Assembly (NCBI GenBank): GCA_963664115.2
Contig: CAXWPJ010000005.1
Location: 32,001-96,000 of the forward strand
DNA length: 64,000 nt
Reading direction: 5' to 3'
Source: Terriglobia bacterium
GTDB lineage: Bacteria; Acidobacteriota; Terriglobia; 20CM-2-55-15
The notes below the pieces were generated by a model that searched no databases, was not told where the DNA came from, and saw only the letters and a list, made by a program, of their open reading frames with translations. Every line of letters starts with the position of its first letter. Positions within the stretch are counted from its first letter, which is position 1. This document shows positions 9,490-20,188 of this stretch, piece after piece. Position numbers and translations under genes: made by a program.

Positions 9490-11361
9490 ACTAGAAATCG
9501 TTACATCGTAGTCTCGGTACGGACGAGAGGCGAGGAAACCCTGTATTGCAAGGGATCGCTCGGGTCCATTTTGAAATCCCTCTGTTGTTGCGACATCGAC
9601 CGCCGTTATCCCATTCATCAATTGATAGAACAGTTCAGTGCCGTCCGCTGACCACAGCGGTCCAAAAATGTTAACGGAGGCTTCCGTGACGCGATATGTC
9701 CGACCCGTTGGTGGGAAGGGCTGCACATAGACGTCACCGGCGGCACCAGCCTCATCGGAGCGGTAGGCAATCCAGTTTCCATCTGGTGAGAATGTAGCAC
9801 CCAACTGGGCGGTATCGGGGTCGTCATAAAAGAGTGTTGGCTCCGCTTCCGCCCCGCCATCGAGCGACAGCGTCCAGATACCACCATCTTGCACAAACAA
9901 AGGTGTGCGTCCTTGCGTAAAGATAAGAGTACGTCCATCAGGAGACCACCCAGTTGGAAGAAGGTAGGTGTCTTCTTCCGCTAAGAACAGCGCCTCTGCC
10001 ACGTCAGTCCCATCTGCGGACTGCCAATAAATGCCCTGCACCCCGTCTCTGTCGGACGTGAACGTCACGCGCTCACTATCAGGCGTCCAGAGAGGGAAAC
10101 CGTTGCTGCCTTCCGAAGTCTGGGTCAGCCGACGCATGGCCGTACTTCCAGATAGGTCATAGACAAAAATCGCACTCCCACCTTCACTCCTGGCTTCTAC
10201 AGCTAGGCGCGTGCCGTCAGGGGACAGACGTGGACCGACATAATCTTGCAGAGGTACGTCGAGGATTTCCTGAGTCCCGTCTCGGTTTACAAGAGCAAGA
10301 GCAACTCCTCCGCTCCCTGTATCGCCTGGAAGATAGGCGAGAGTGCCTGCTTCGGAAACAGCATACTGGGCGGTGTCGCTGCCAAGGTTCGTGGATCGCC
10401 GTGTGCCCTCGACGAGCGGCACGGCCCCGCCGGCGATTGTAAGTGTGTCAAGGTCGAACACGGAGGCGAACAGCGTGTTGCCCTGCGCGTACACGATGTG
10501 ACCCGTCGGCAGATACCGTGCTGCTCCGCCGCCGTCCCAGACCAGAGTGCGCTCGCTGCCACTGATTGACTGCACGACAATCTGGGCGGCGTCTCCAAAA
10601 GCGCCGACCGCGTTCGCAGGATCCTCGAGAGTTCGTGTAAACAGTACCTGCTCGCCACCGGGCAGAATCTGCGGACTGTCGAACATCTCATCCTCCCCTC
10701 TCGTCACGAGCACCTCAGGCGCCCCCCCATTCGCTGGAATGCGAAGAATGCCATCTTGGTGGGCAAACACCATCGTTTCAGGTGTGGGCCAGGACAGACC
10801 GATCTGGAAGCCCGACTCAAAAACCGTCACCGGCGTCCCTCCAGACACCGGCACTCGCTTCAGGAGACTCTCGGTGGGACTCAGCACGTGTATGTAGGCC
10901 AGCCACTCACCATCCGGGGAGAAGACCGGCGTCGCAGGGCCACCGTCGGGTTCATCTGTGCCAGGAACAGGTAGGGAGTCGGTTTGGTTGAAGTCTCGGA
11001 GATGCAGTTGGCCGTTCGCGACATACGCCATCCGCATCCCGTCCGGTGACAGCGCGACCATCGAGAGTTCCGGCCTCGAGAACTGCTGCCCTTCCGGTAA
11101 CAGAAACGGGAAGCGAGTGACGGAACCGGACTCGGGCAGTGGCACGGGCTTTAGGCTCCATGCCGCCAAACCGGTGACTGCTGCGACCAAAACGATCAAC
11201 GCGATCCACCGAAGTCTGGATTGTGGCGCTTGGACAACCTCAATAACGGGCTGCACGACTACTCCGGCGGGATCAGCCAAAACTTTTTGAACGTCCACTC
11301 GTGCGTCGGCAATGGCGTGGTATCGATTCTTCGCTTCTTTCTCCAAGCAGCGCTCCAACAA

Positions 11362-12300
11362 GAGTTATAACCGAATCTGGTGTTTGAGGGATTGAATAAG
11401 AGCGGCGTATCTGGTTGATTTGTTGTGACAAAACTTCAAAGCAACCATAGGAGATACGCCACTGTGAGCAAGAGTAACGTGAATGGACCGGAAGGTCGAG
11501 AAACGATTGAGGATCCAGTAACAGAACTACTACGAGTTGGGGCACAGCAACTGATCCAACGCGCAGTGGAAGCCGAATTGGCAGAGCTGCTATCCCAGCA
11601 CGGTGGCCGGCGAACTGAGACAGGAAACGCCGGGGTGGTACGCAACGGTTATCTGCCGGAACGCGAACTGCAGACGGGATTGGGTCCGGTAACAGTCCAA
11701 ATCCCGAAGGTCCGTGCCAAGACGGGCGAAGCTGTGACGTTCCGATCGGCCCTGGTACCACCGTACATTCGGAAGACGAAGTCGCTGGAAGCAGCGGTGC
11801 CGTGGTTGTATTTGAAAGGCGTTTCCAGCGGCGAGATGGGTGAGGCCCTAAAAGTTCTTGTCGGTCCCCAGGCGCAGGGTCTGTCGGCGAGCACGGTATC
11901 GCGGTTGAAACAGGTTTGGGGCGAACAGTACCGCCTCGGACGAGGAGCGTTTGGATGCAGATCGCTGGGTCATGTCTGGGCCGACGGCATCTACAGCGGA
12001 CTTCGGGCGGAACAAACCAAGTTGTGTGCATTGGTCGTGATCGGCATGAACGCGGAGAGAAGCGTTTCCGCCGAAGACGGTGTACGGGTCGACACTGGCG
12101 CGAGGTCTGAAGCGAAGTCCCATGTTCCGAAGTTGGCCACGATCAACGAAATCTATCCCGATCCAACCGAAGTCTGAACGATGCCTGTCGGTCCAGGCGA
12201 AGGCGAAACAGGCCCTGCACTCGATCTGGCAGGCCGAGACGAAGGCAGTTGGACAACCTCAATAACGGGCTGACACGGGCACGACTGATGTTCAAACTCC
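11362..12300 (+). mobile_element. IS256-family element, degraded or chimeric copy
   Basis: Identical to 49644 onward for about 580 bp, then progressive deletions; right boundary approximate. Confidence 0.8.
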
Positions 12301-13059
12301 GGCGGGATCAGCCAAAACTTTTTGAACGTCCACTCGTGCGTCGGCAATGGCGTGGTATCGATTCTTCGCTTCTTTCTCCAAGCAGCGCTCCAACAACTCG
12401 CCAATCCTTGGATGGAGGTTCGGAGGTAGAGCCGCAAACTCCGGCTGTCTCTCTAGCACCCGAGCCAAGGTGAGGGAAACGTCATCACCTGCAAAGACGG
12501 AATGTCCAGTCAACATCTCAAATAGGACACAACCGAAAGCCCACACATCCGTGCGGTTATCGACTTCTCGCCCTCGTGCTTGCTCCGGCGACATGTACGC
12601 TGCAGTACCCAGAATGATTCCTTCTTGCGTGGCCTGCATACTTAGGGTTGGTGATTTGGAAAGGTTTACATCGGAGTCTCCTGAAAATGCCTTGGCTAAA
12701 CCGAAGTCCAGCACCTTCACTTTGCCGTCGGGAGTCACCTTGATGTTGTCCGGTTTCAGGTCTCGGTGAATGACACCATTTTCGTGTGCTGCTTCGAGAG
12801 CTTCTGCAATTTGCAACGCGAGCTTCAGAGACTCTTCAACTGGAATCGCGCCCTGCTTGATGCGATCGCCCAGGGTGGGGCCTTCGACGAGTTCGAGCAC
12901 AAGGAACCCCGTACCCTCGTGTTCTTCCAGTCCGTAGATTGCTGCGATGTTGGGATGATTGAGAGACGCAAGTAGCTGTGCTTCTCTACGGAAACGAGCT
13001 ACGCGGTCGCCGTCCTGTGCAAATTCCTCGGGCAGCGTTTTGATAGCGACTTCACGACC

Positions 13060-14214
13060 TAGTGTACCCCGCTCGAAGTAATGTAACTAAAATAGCTTTC
13101 CAACGTCCAATAGAGAATGAGGAAAGCACCGACCATTGAATTGGATGACAAGCAGCGGATGGAGTTGGAGCGACTGAGTCGAAGCCGGAGTACATCGGTC
13201 CGGTTGGCGGAACGATCCCGAATTGTATTACTGGCCGCTGAAGGTCGGAACAATTATGAGATCGCCGCCCGCTTGGAGATCACGCGCCAGAAAGCGGGCC
13301 GCTGGCGCAATCGTTTTGTGGAACAGGGCTTGGCTGGGATCGAAAAGGATGCGCCGCGAAGCGGACGGATTCCCACGATCAGTCGCCGGAAGCGAGCCCG
13401 GATCGTCAAGAAGACACTGGAAGAGAAGCCCCCGAACGCGACGCACTGGAGTCGGGCCTCGATGGCGAAGGCCGTTGGCGTGAGCGAGTCCACGGTCGGG
13501 AAAATCTGGCGGGTCCATGGACTGAAGCCTCATCTGTCACGAACCTTCAAACTATCCAACGACAAACGATTCGCCGAAAAGCTGGAGGATGTGGTCGGTC
13601 TGTATCTGAGCCCACCGGAAAACGCCATTGTCTTGTCCTGCGATGAGAAGAGCCAGATGCAGGCCCTGGACCGCACGCAACCCGGGTTACCTCTGAAGAA
13701 GGGGCGGTGTGGCACCATGACCCACGATTACAAACGTAACGGGACAACCACGCTTTTCGCCGCGCTCAACATCCTGGACGGTTCGGTCATCGGAACCTGC
13801 ATGCCAAAGCATCGCCATCAGGAATGGATCCGGTTTCTGAATCAGATCAAACGCGCCATGCCGAAAGATAAGGAGATCCACATTATTTGCGACAACTATG
13901 CGACTCACAAACATCAGAAAGTCGTCAACTGGCTCAAGCGTAACAAGCGTTTTCATGTGCACTTCACGCCAACCAGTGCGTCGTGGCTCAACATGGTCGA
14001 GCGCTTTTTCCGGGATCTGTCCGAGCAACGACTCCGGCGTGGCGTTTTCCGCTCGGTCCCCGAGTTGATCCAGGCCGTGGAGGACTACCTCGCTCGTCAC
14101 AATGAAGACCCGAAACCCTTCATCTGGACTGCAACGGCTTCCGACATCCTTGCTAAAGTCCAGCGCGGCCGGCGAAATCTTGATAAGTTACAGTCTGTTT
14201 AACGGGGACCACTA
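13060..14214 (+). mobile_element. IS630-family element
   Basis: CTAG at both ends with imperfect IR (CTAGTGTACCCCG / CGGGGACCACTAG). Confidence 0.88.
13117..14202 (+). CDS. IS630 transposase
   Basis: HTH; CDEKSQMQAL, THDYKRNGTT, DNYATH, FTPTSASWLNMVERFF. Confidence 0.93.
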   Translation: MRKAPTIELDDKQRMELERLSRSRSTSVRLAERSRIVLLAAEGRNNYEIAARLEITRQKAGRWRNRFVEQGLAGIEKDAPRSGRIPTISRRKRARIVKKTLEEKPPNATHWSRASMAKAVGVSESTVGKIWRVHGLKPHLSRTFKLSNDKRFAEKLEDVVGLYLSPPENAIVLSCDEKSQMQALDRTQPGLPLKKGRCGTMTHDYKRNGTTTLFAALNILDGSVIGTCMPKHRHQEWIRFLNQIKRAMPKDKEIHIICDNYATHKHQKVVNWLKRNKRFHVHFTPTSASWLNMVERFFRDLSEQRLRRGVFRSVPELIQAVEDYLARHNEDPKPFIWTATASDILAKVQRGRRNLDKLQSV

Positions 14215-14262
14215 GGGCACCGGCACCCGCTCCTTCAGTTCTTCAAACCGATTCAGGACGTG
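14213..14262 (-). pseudogene. Kinase 3'-end stub
   Basis: Encodes HVLNRFEELKERVPVP*, same tail as 7672. Confidence 0.8.
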
Positions 14263-14267
14263 CTGTA

Positions 14268-15743
14268 CTACTCTCGCCTCAGAATAAAAAGACCGGCACC
14301 TACTCTATCGGACGCATAGAGCAGCCCTAGATGATCGATGGCCACGTCGTTGATCTGGATAACGGTCGGCTGGCCGGGTTGGATGGGGTGGGAGTTCTCA
14401 TTCGGGCTGGGAATGTAATAGCCGACTTCAATCATGTTGTAAGGATCCGAGACATCGACGACCCTTAACCCTGCATTGAAGTAGGGAACGTAAGCGATTT
14501 TATCGTCGAATCTGTTAAGCACTCCATTGATCGTCTCCGCAAATTGATGAGGTCCGAAACGACCTCCCTTCTCGCAGAAACCAGCATCCGGAACCTGCCA
14601 CGTATCCACCGGGTAGGGGACGCCCGTTTCGTCGGCATGCGTCATGTCGAACATGTAGATCTTCGTTCTGACGGGATCGGCACACCCTATATCCGGATTA
14701 GTGGCTTCATCCGCAACCAAGGCATACGCCCTCGGAAAGGAATCTCGCCCGAAGTTGGGGACGTCATCATAGAATATGGGTGCTACAGTGTGGGTTCCTC
14801 TTCCCGGTGGCTCGGTATCGATACGCCAAACCAGCTCAGGATTGGACGGATCCTCGATATCAAAGGAAACGACGTCTCCTCCACCCAAATAGGCTCCGTA
14901 GACCCTGTTGTTCTGTTCGTCCACGATGGGATGGTGCCAGTTGTTCCCATTTGAAGTCTCAGGTTCGCTCGTTCTTTGCCCCGGCAACCAAGCCCGCCCA
15001 ACGAAATCAGGGTTCGCGGGATCGGTGAGATCGAAAATCACTAGATGGTTTCCGTTGCGAAAACCCGGTTCGTTGGCTGCGCTGTAGTACAGGCCAGTCT
15101 CGGGCGACCACCAGCCTTTGTGCACGGACGCTAGCAATCCGCCGCACCCCTGCCCACAGGAATCTTCCGGTGTTCCCGTGATCTCTGCGACCAAGCGAAT
15201 CTGAGACGGATCCGTGTCTCTAGAAGTGATATCGAAGATCTGAAACTTCGCAAACCCCTCTCCCTGGGAATTTCGTATCAGGTAGTCTCTCCCCAGGGGA
15301 TTGGAATCGAAAGCGTAGTCATACACGACTGAAGTCGAGCGGGAGTTGGCGCTGAGAGTATTCGGTATGTGCCAGACCAATTCCGGATTGGCTGGATCGG
15401 AGACGTTCAGTATCGAAGTCCCGTTCCATTCCATTTGGCTGGTGATGGGGTTGAAGCGTTGGGTCTCGTCCCAGGCGTTCTCCGAATGCCCTACGTACAC
15501 CCACTCGCCGTTGGCTTCATCCCCTTTTGCCGTTACCTGGAGCGACTCACGGCCCTGTAAGTCATGGTGACCAACGAACTCGACGTTCTGGGCTTCAGCA
15601 ACATCCTGAGTCGCGGCGGCGTTGGTCAGGGTCGTCGACAGCACCATCAGCGGAAGCGCTGAGCAGACAGCGAAGGATAGTCTTATTATTGCCCGCCGTA
15701 TCAGTCGTTTCATTCCTGCAAGAGTGTTCTGCTTGGTCATCAC
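14268..15743 (-). CDS. Secreted LVIVD-repeat beta-propeller protein
   Basis: Signal peptide; ILNVSDPANP, IFDLTDPANP, LRVVDVSDP repeats; GGRFGPH. Confidence 0.85.
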   Translation of the reverse strand: MMTKQNTLAGMKRLIRRAIIRLSFAVCSALPLMVLSTTLTNAAATQDVAEAQNVEFVGHHDLQGRESLQVTAKGDEANGEWVYVGHSENAWDETQRFNPITSQMEWNGTSILNVSDPANPELVWHIPNTLSANSRSTSVVYDYAFDSNPLGRDYLIRNSQGEGFAKFQIFDITSRDTDPSQIRLVAEITGTPEDSCGQGCGGLLASVHKGWWSPETGLYYSAANEPGFRNGNHLVIFDLTDPANPDFVGRAWLPGQRTSEPETSNGNNWHHPIVDEQNNRVYGAYLGGGDVVSFDIEDPSNPELVWRIDTEPPGRGTHTVAPIFYDDVPNFGRDSFPRAYALVADEATNPDIGCADPVRTKIYMFDMTHADETGVPYPVDTWQVPDAGFCEKGGRFGPHQFAETINGVLNRFDDKIAYVPYFNAGLRVVDVSDPYNMIEVGYYIPSPNENSHPIQPGQPTVIQINDVAIDHLGLLYASDRVGAGLFILRRE

Positions 15744-15993
15744 CTACACCGTAACAAAGTTGGACGGAAGTGAGCCTCGAAAATCTTCGCAAATTCAACT
15801 ACAGGCATGATTGATAAGCAAGAAAGTTGTCAACTCGCTTTTCTTGGGTGATTCTCAACGTCCGAGAAGATGATTTATTGATGGTATGGACTCCTCTTTG
15901 ATGACTGAGTCGGCATCGAAGTGCCAAAGTCATTTTGAGCCTCGCAATAAAGCGGGCGAAACACGTGTACGTGTGAACAAAAAGGAGTCCGAG

Positions 15994-17028
15994 ATGAAGA
16001 ATAGAACGATAGCAGTGGATCTGGCAAAGAATGTTTTTCAAATTGGTGTTTCAGATCGCCCCGGGCATGTAGAGAAAACCTATCGTTTAAGTCGGGCAAA
16101 GTTTCTGGGGTTCTTTGCGAACCAGGAGCTGGCGACCGTGGTGATGGAAGCCTGCGGATCCGCCCATTACTGGGGTCGGAAGATCCGGGAACTGGGACAC
16201 ACGGTCGTTCTGATCTCGCCGCAGTATGTGACGCCCTACGTCAGGCGCAACAAGACCGACCGTACGGATGTGAAAGGATTGTTGGAAGCCTATCGTGACA
16301 GCGATATTCATCCAGTGCCGGTCAAAACCCTGGCCCAACAGCAACTGACCTCATTGCATCGAATCCGTTCGGCGTGGATGCGAACCCGAACCGCACGGAT
16401 CAATACGGTGCGGGGGTTGTTACGGGAGTTTGGCTACGTGATCCCGACCGGAGCGGATCATCTGGTGCCGGGGGTAATGGAGCTGATCGAAGATGCAGAT
16501 GTCGTCATCCCCAGTGTCGTTCGGGAGATGTTTCACCAGGTGTGTGGCGAGATCCGTGAATTGGAATCTCGCATGCGATCGGTGGAACAAGAGTTGAAGA
16601 CGCTGGCTCGGCAGATGCCTGAGGTCGCGCGTCTGACGTCGATTCCCGGCATCGGCCTGTTAACGGCAACGGCAATGGTGGGGTTTGTTGGAAACATCAA
16701 ACGATTCCGAACGTCCCGCCATTTTGCCAGTTATCTGGGACTCACACCCCGGGAACATTCCAGTGGCAACCAGCGACGCATGGGCCGGATCAGTAAGCAA
16801 GGCGATCGTTACCTCCGGATGCTGTTGGTTCATGGGGGCCGTTCCCTGTTGTGGAGTGCCCATCGAGAGGGCGCCACACCGACACCTCTCCAGCAATGGG
16901 GTCTCCAGAAACACGAGTTCCGCGGACACAACAAGGCAATCGTTGCACTGGCCAACAAGTTGGCGCGTCGCGTGTGGGCGGTTTGGAACCGTGACTGTGA
17001 CCATCAGGCCCGGTATCAGGCGGCCTGA
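15994..17028 (+). CDS. IS110/IS1111 DEDD recombinase
   Basis: IAVDLAKNVFQ, MEACG, NKTDRTD, SIPGIG, GLTPREHSSG, VALANKLAR. Confidence 0.93.
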   Translation: MKNRTIAVDLAKNVFQIGVSDRPGHVEKTYRLSRAKFLGFFANQELATVVMEACGSAHYWGRKIRELGHTVVLISPQYVTPYVRRNKTDRTDVKGLLEAYRDSDIHPVPVKTLAQQQLTSLHRIRSAWMRTRTARINTVRGLLREFGYVIPTGADHLVPGVMELIEDADVVIPSVVREMFHQVCGEIRELESRMRSVEQELKTLARQMPEVARLTSIPGIGLLTATAMVGFVGNIKRFRTSRHFASYLGLTPREHSSGNQRRMGRISKQGDRYLRMLLVHGGRSLLWSAHREGATPTPLQQWGLQKHEFRGHNKAIVALANKLARRVWAVWNRDCDHQARYQAA

Positions 17029-17039
17029 CCCGAAACAGT

Positions 17040-17300
17040 CGGAATATCTTTTCAGCGAGCTGCGATGAGGTTCGAGATGATGGCGTACCGGTCAGACCGG
17101 CGCGGGGCAACGCCGACAAGTCCTTTGGCCCTTAGAGGCCGTTATTTTATCGGTTGGCTCCCCGCGCGCAAATTTCCATCATGGCCTGGAACAATACAGT
17201 TCCACTTTTGAGGCCGAAGATACGGGTGCAGTCGACTAGCTACTCACCTCGTAACTTCTAGTCAGTCCTGCTGAATGCATTTTGCCGAAGAAAGCTGACG
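17040..17300 (+). ncRNA. Putative bridge/seek RNA of the IS1111 element
   Basis: Two GGCC-closed internal loops; one holds CAAGTCCT and TTTATCG (target matches), the other CCATCAT and AGATA (IS end matches); boundaries approximate. Confidence 0.7.
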
Positions 17301-17355
17301 GGAGAGCTGCGCCTACTTGACAGAGGAGTCCAGATACAGGACTTGACCTCGAAAA

Positions 17356-17415
17356 TCAGGGCACCGGCACCCGTTCCTTCAGTTCTTCAAACCAGTTCAG
17401 GACGATGTTGATTAC
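17356..17415 (-). pseudogene. Kinase 3'-end stub
   Basis: INIVLNWFEELKERVPVP*; stop lies 7 nt from site copy 3. Confidence 0.85.
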
Positions 17416-17637
17416 TGAAGGTTCAGCTCAAGCAGCGTTCCGCTCTGGTAGAAGGATCCCACCACGCCCAAGCAAGACTGTCCTCCTATGCCAATAAAGA
17501 GAATCAACGGTCGTCTAGCCGCATGCGGAAACAACAGTTCAGCCCTCGTCGTGGCACCCGCCCCGCCAGGGCGATCTTGAAGGACTGCTGTTCCTCCTGT
17601 ATCCAGATCCGCCCGCTGGTGGGAGAAACATCAATTC

Positions 17638-19701
17638 TCAGAAGATCTCCGGTACTGAAAACACCAGAATACCCTGATTGCGCATGTCGGAGACGATCAC
17701 TTCCTGATCTTCCGGGTTCAGAACCACTCCGAAAGGCTTCTTGAGCTGGGTTGTAGGGCCCACAGGGATTTTCCAAATCGGAGGAACATCCCCGTTATCA
17801 TCGTAACTCCAGACGCCTATAAACGCTTCCTCCGGTTCCATTTGATCTTGAATCCCTGGCATCGCGGCAATGATCAGCCTCCGCTGGGGATACATCTGCA
17901 TCTGGTTGATCCGGATAATTTCCGACTTCGGACCGCGGATAACAGCCCGTGGCGCTACGTTTCCTTCGTCCGTCCGGTTAAACACCAGGATTGCGCCTGT
18001 CTCCGAGTCACTTCTCCCTATGCTGGCCCTATAGGTTCCGAAGTTGCTCTGTGTTCCGACGACCAGAAGATCGTTGATCGGATCCACGGCAATCGCATGA
18101 AGTCTCCCCAACCTGGTGTCCGGGCCCTTGATCACTCGAATCGGTGCAACGTCACCGTTGGCTTCGCGCGGATAGACCTTAATACTGTCGTTGGTGTAGG
18201 TGAAAATCTCATCGTGAATGTTGTCCACGTCCAGCCGGTCGCTGATCGGCCCGGTTCTGGGGCCCTGGATAGTGCGAATGGGCGACTCCTGTCCATCGGC
18301 TCCTCCGGCGAACGTCAGTATGGCCTCTCCATAAGGGACAGGTACAACGATTTCATCGTTGACCGCGTCGTAGCGTATGTCATGCATGGTGCGGGACAGC
18401 CTGCTGGCCTGTCCATAGAGTGTTCGGACCGGTGTTTCTCCTCCGTCCGCCAACCTGGCGAACATCGCAATCTGCGGATGCGCCACTCAGTTGGGCACCA
18501 GGATCTGTCCCCGTCTGCTGTCGTAGCCAACGGCTCCGGGATTGCCGATCATGAGGCTCTCCGTCCCTACTGGCGCTCCTCGAATCGTTCTAATGGGTTC
18601 GACATCCCCATTGGCCGTCACCGGGAAAACCGTAACCGAGGGGGTTCCCATGCTCGCCACAAACAACTCGTCCAGTCGTTCATCCAGCGCAATACCAGGA
18701 GGATGTTGGATTCCGGTATTGGGTCCCGCGATGACGCGGATCGGAGCCACATCGCCTTCGGCCGAGGCGTCGAATATCAGTATGGAGCTGTCGGCATCAT
18801 TGGCCACAAACAGTTCCTGCCTTTCATTGTGCAGTGCCATGTGTGAAGGCCAATTCATTAACGTTCGAGGTCCTTCGATAGTCCGAAGAGGTGCCGTATT
18901 TCCTGAAGCGTTCAGGGGATACACGGTGATTGATGGCAGCTCAAAGCTGCCATAGGTTTCACCGGTCTCCGGATTCAGGTTTTGAGCATTGCCGAAATTG
19001 CTCACGTACATGAGATTGTTTGTCGTGTCCAGGGCAATCCCGTGCGGATCTTCCAGTTGCGTATCCGGTCCTTCGAGAGTCCGAAGTGGTTGTTCTTCAC
19101 CTTCGGCCTGCTTGCGGAACACATGCACGTAACCGCTCTGATTCACGACGAACAACTCCTGCCGTACTTCGTCCGCGGCAACGGAGAATCCACGAATGCT
19201 TGCCAGGAACCGATCCGGCGCGACGTTGCCCCGGGCGTCTGTCGAAAAAACCGGCAACCAACGCTGCGTATCATTGTTGAGCACATAGATGTCCAGGGTC
19301 ACCGGGTCAATGTAGACCCCACACATCATTTCGGCTTTTGTGTTGGTTCCCGAAATGACACGTCGGGGTTCTGTGAAACGGGCTTGAGGCGGCGTATCTT
19401 CGCGACTGTCATACTCCAGGATCTGAAACAAATTCTCGTCCGTGACCACCAGCATGTTGTTTTCGGAATTGACGGCCACGGCGCTAAACGCCGGATTCGG
19501 ATCTCGGATGAAACGCAGCGGAGGTCGCTCAATCACCACCGGCGTCCTGTCCTCCTGGCCCTGCACCGCCGTCACGGCCGCAGACGCAACCCCGGCAACG
19601 TCGCCGCTATCGATTAGAACGGCTTGAGCCATCCAGACGATCAATCCCGCTAAGACGAGCTGAAGTCGCCAACCTTTCCCGTCGCGAAAAGTTTTAGCCA
19701 T
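17638..19701 (-). CDS. Secreted NHL/YVTN-like beta-propeller protein with in-frame TGA at 18487-18489 (404 aa + 282 aa halves, 687 aa if read through)
   Basis: Repeats such as PHGIALD...ITVYP...GNTAPLRTIEGP; ...QILVPN*VAHPQIAMF in one frame. Confidence 0.8.
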
Positions 19702-19859
19702 TGCTCAACCTCCAATGGGAGAACCCTTATGTACTTGAATATTGGCGCGATTATCAGAGGACCGATAATCAAAGTCAAGCGTATGGGCGAATGTGAAGAC
19801 TTTTGGCAACAAAGCAGGTGTGGGTATGTGACGATTCCAACGCTTGAGCAAGGGGGCTG

Positions 19860-19983
19860 GCAGGGTCTTGATCGCCACTTTACGCCCGAGCTTCGTGTCA
19901 CGAGCACGCCACACTTCTCCCATACCACCTTTGCCGAGGAGTGTGCCGATCTCGTAGTGGCCCAGTTTGGTGCCAGATTCCAT
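19860..19983 (-). pseudogene. Kinase 5'-end stub
   Basis: [42 protein letters not shown], then unrelated sequence. Confidence 0.88.
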
Positions 19984-20010
19984 CGTTATAGTGTGTCGCT
20001 GAAATACAGT

Positions 20011-20097
20011 GAAAAACTCTGCAAAGGATACTAAGGCAGGAAGTTAGGCGCTATTAAATTCTCAAGTCCTGAGAAACGACATTCTCGGACCTTGAGA
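20011..20097 (-). repeat. Left 87-bp inverted repeat including 38-bp site copy 4 (20060-20097)
   Basis: 86/87 identical to the reverse complement of 21232-21318; site TCTCAAGTCCTGAGAAACGACATTCTCGGACCTTGAGA. Confidence 0.95.
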
Positions 20098-20188
20098 CTT
20101 TGATTGGCAGCTCGACACAGCACGGCCGTATATAAGGCTCTCTAACTCTCTTAAGAATGTGTGGCTTCGCCTATTTTCCGGTGAATGG

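Larger units (their letters stand above)
7672..13062 (-). pseudogene. Ser/Thr protein kinase with TM and PD40/TolB-like propeller, interrupted by IS1380 and IS256 and 5'-truncated by IS630
   Basis: [11 protein letters not shown] at about 13030-13062, HRDLKPDN, DFGLAK, YMSPEQ, SPDG repeats, C-terminus INIVLNWFEELKERVPVP* at 7672. Confidence 0.88.
15879..17336 (+). mobile_element. IS110-family element, IS1111 subgroup
   Basis: Sub-terminal IRs ATGGACTCCTCT (7 nt in) and AGAGGAGTCCAG (3 nt in), no target duplication, long 3' non-coding region. Confidence 0.92.
15853..17348. repeat. 38-bp site copy 3, split by IS1111 (15853-15878 + 17337-17348)
   Basis: Rejoined: TCTCAACGTCCGAGAAGATGATTTAT|CAGGACTTGACC, 38 bp. 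Confidence 0.9.

Noticed and set aside
17317-17336. Strong IS1111 circle-junction promoter
   Set aside because: TTGACA is present, but the junction TATGAT would be only 12 nt away, so spacing is not convincing
17842-18846. Long antisense ORFs (e.g. 17842-18846, 45156-46052, 7760-8602, 59883-60680)
   Set aside because: Shadow frames of well-supported genes in GC-rich DNA with no recognisable motifs
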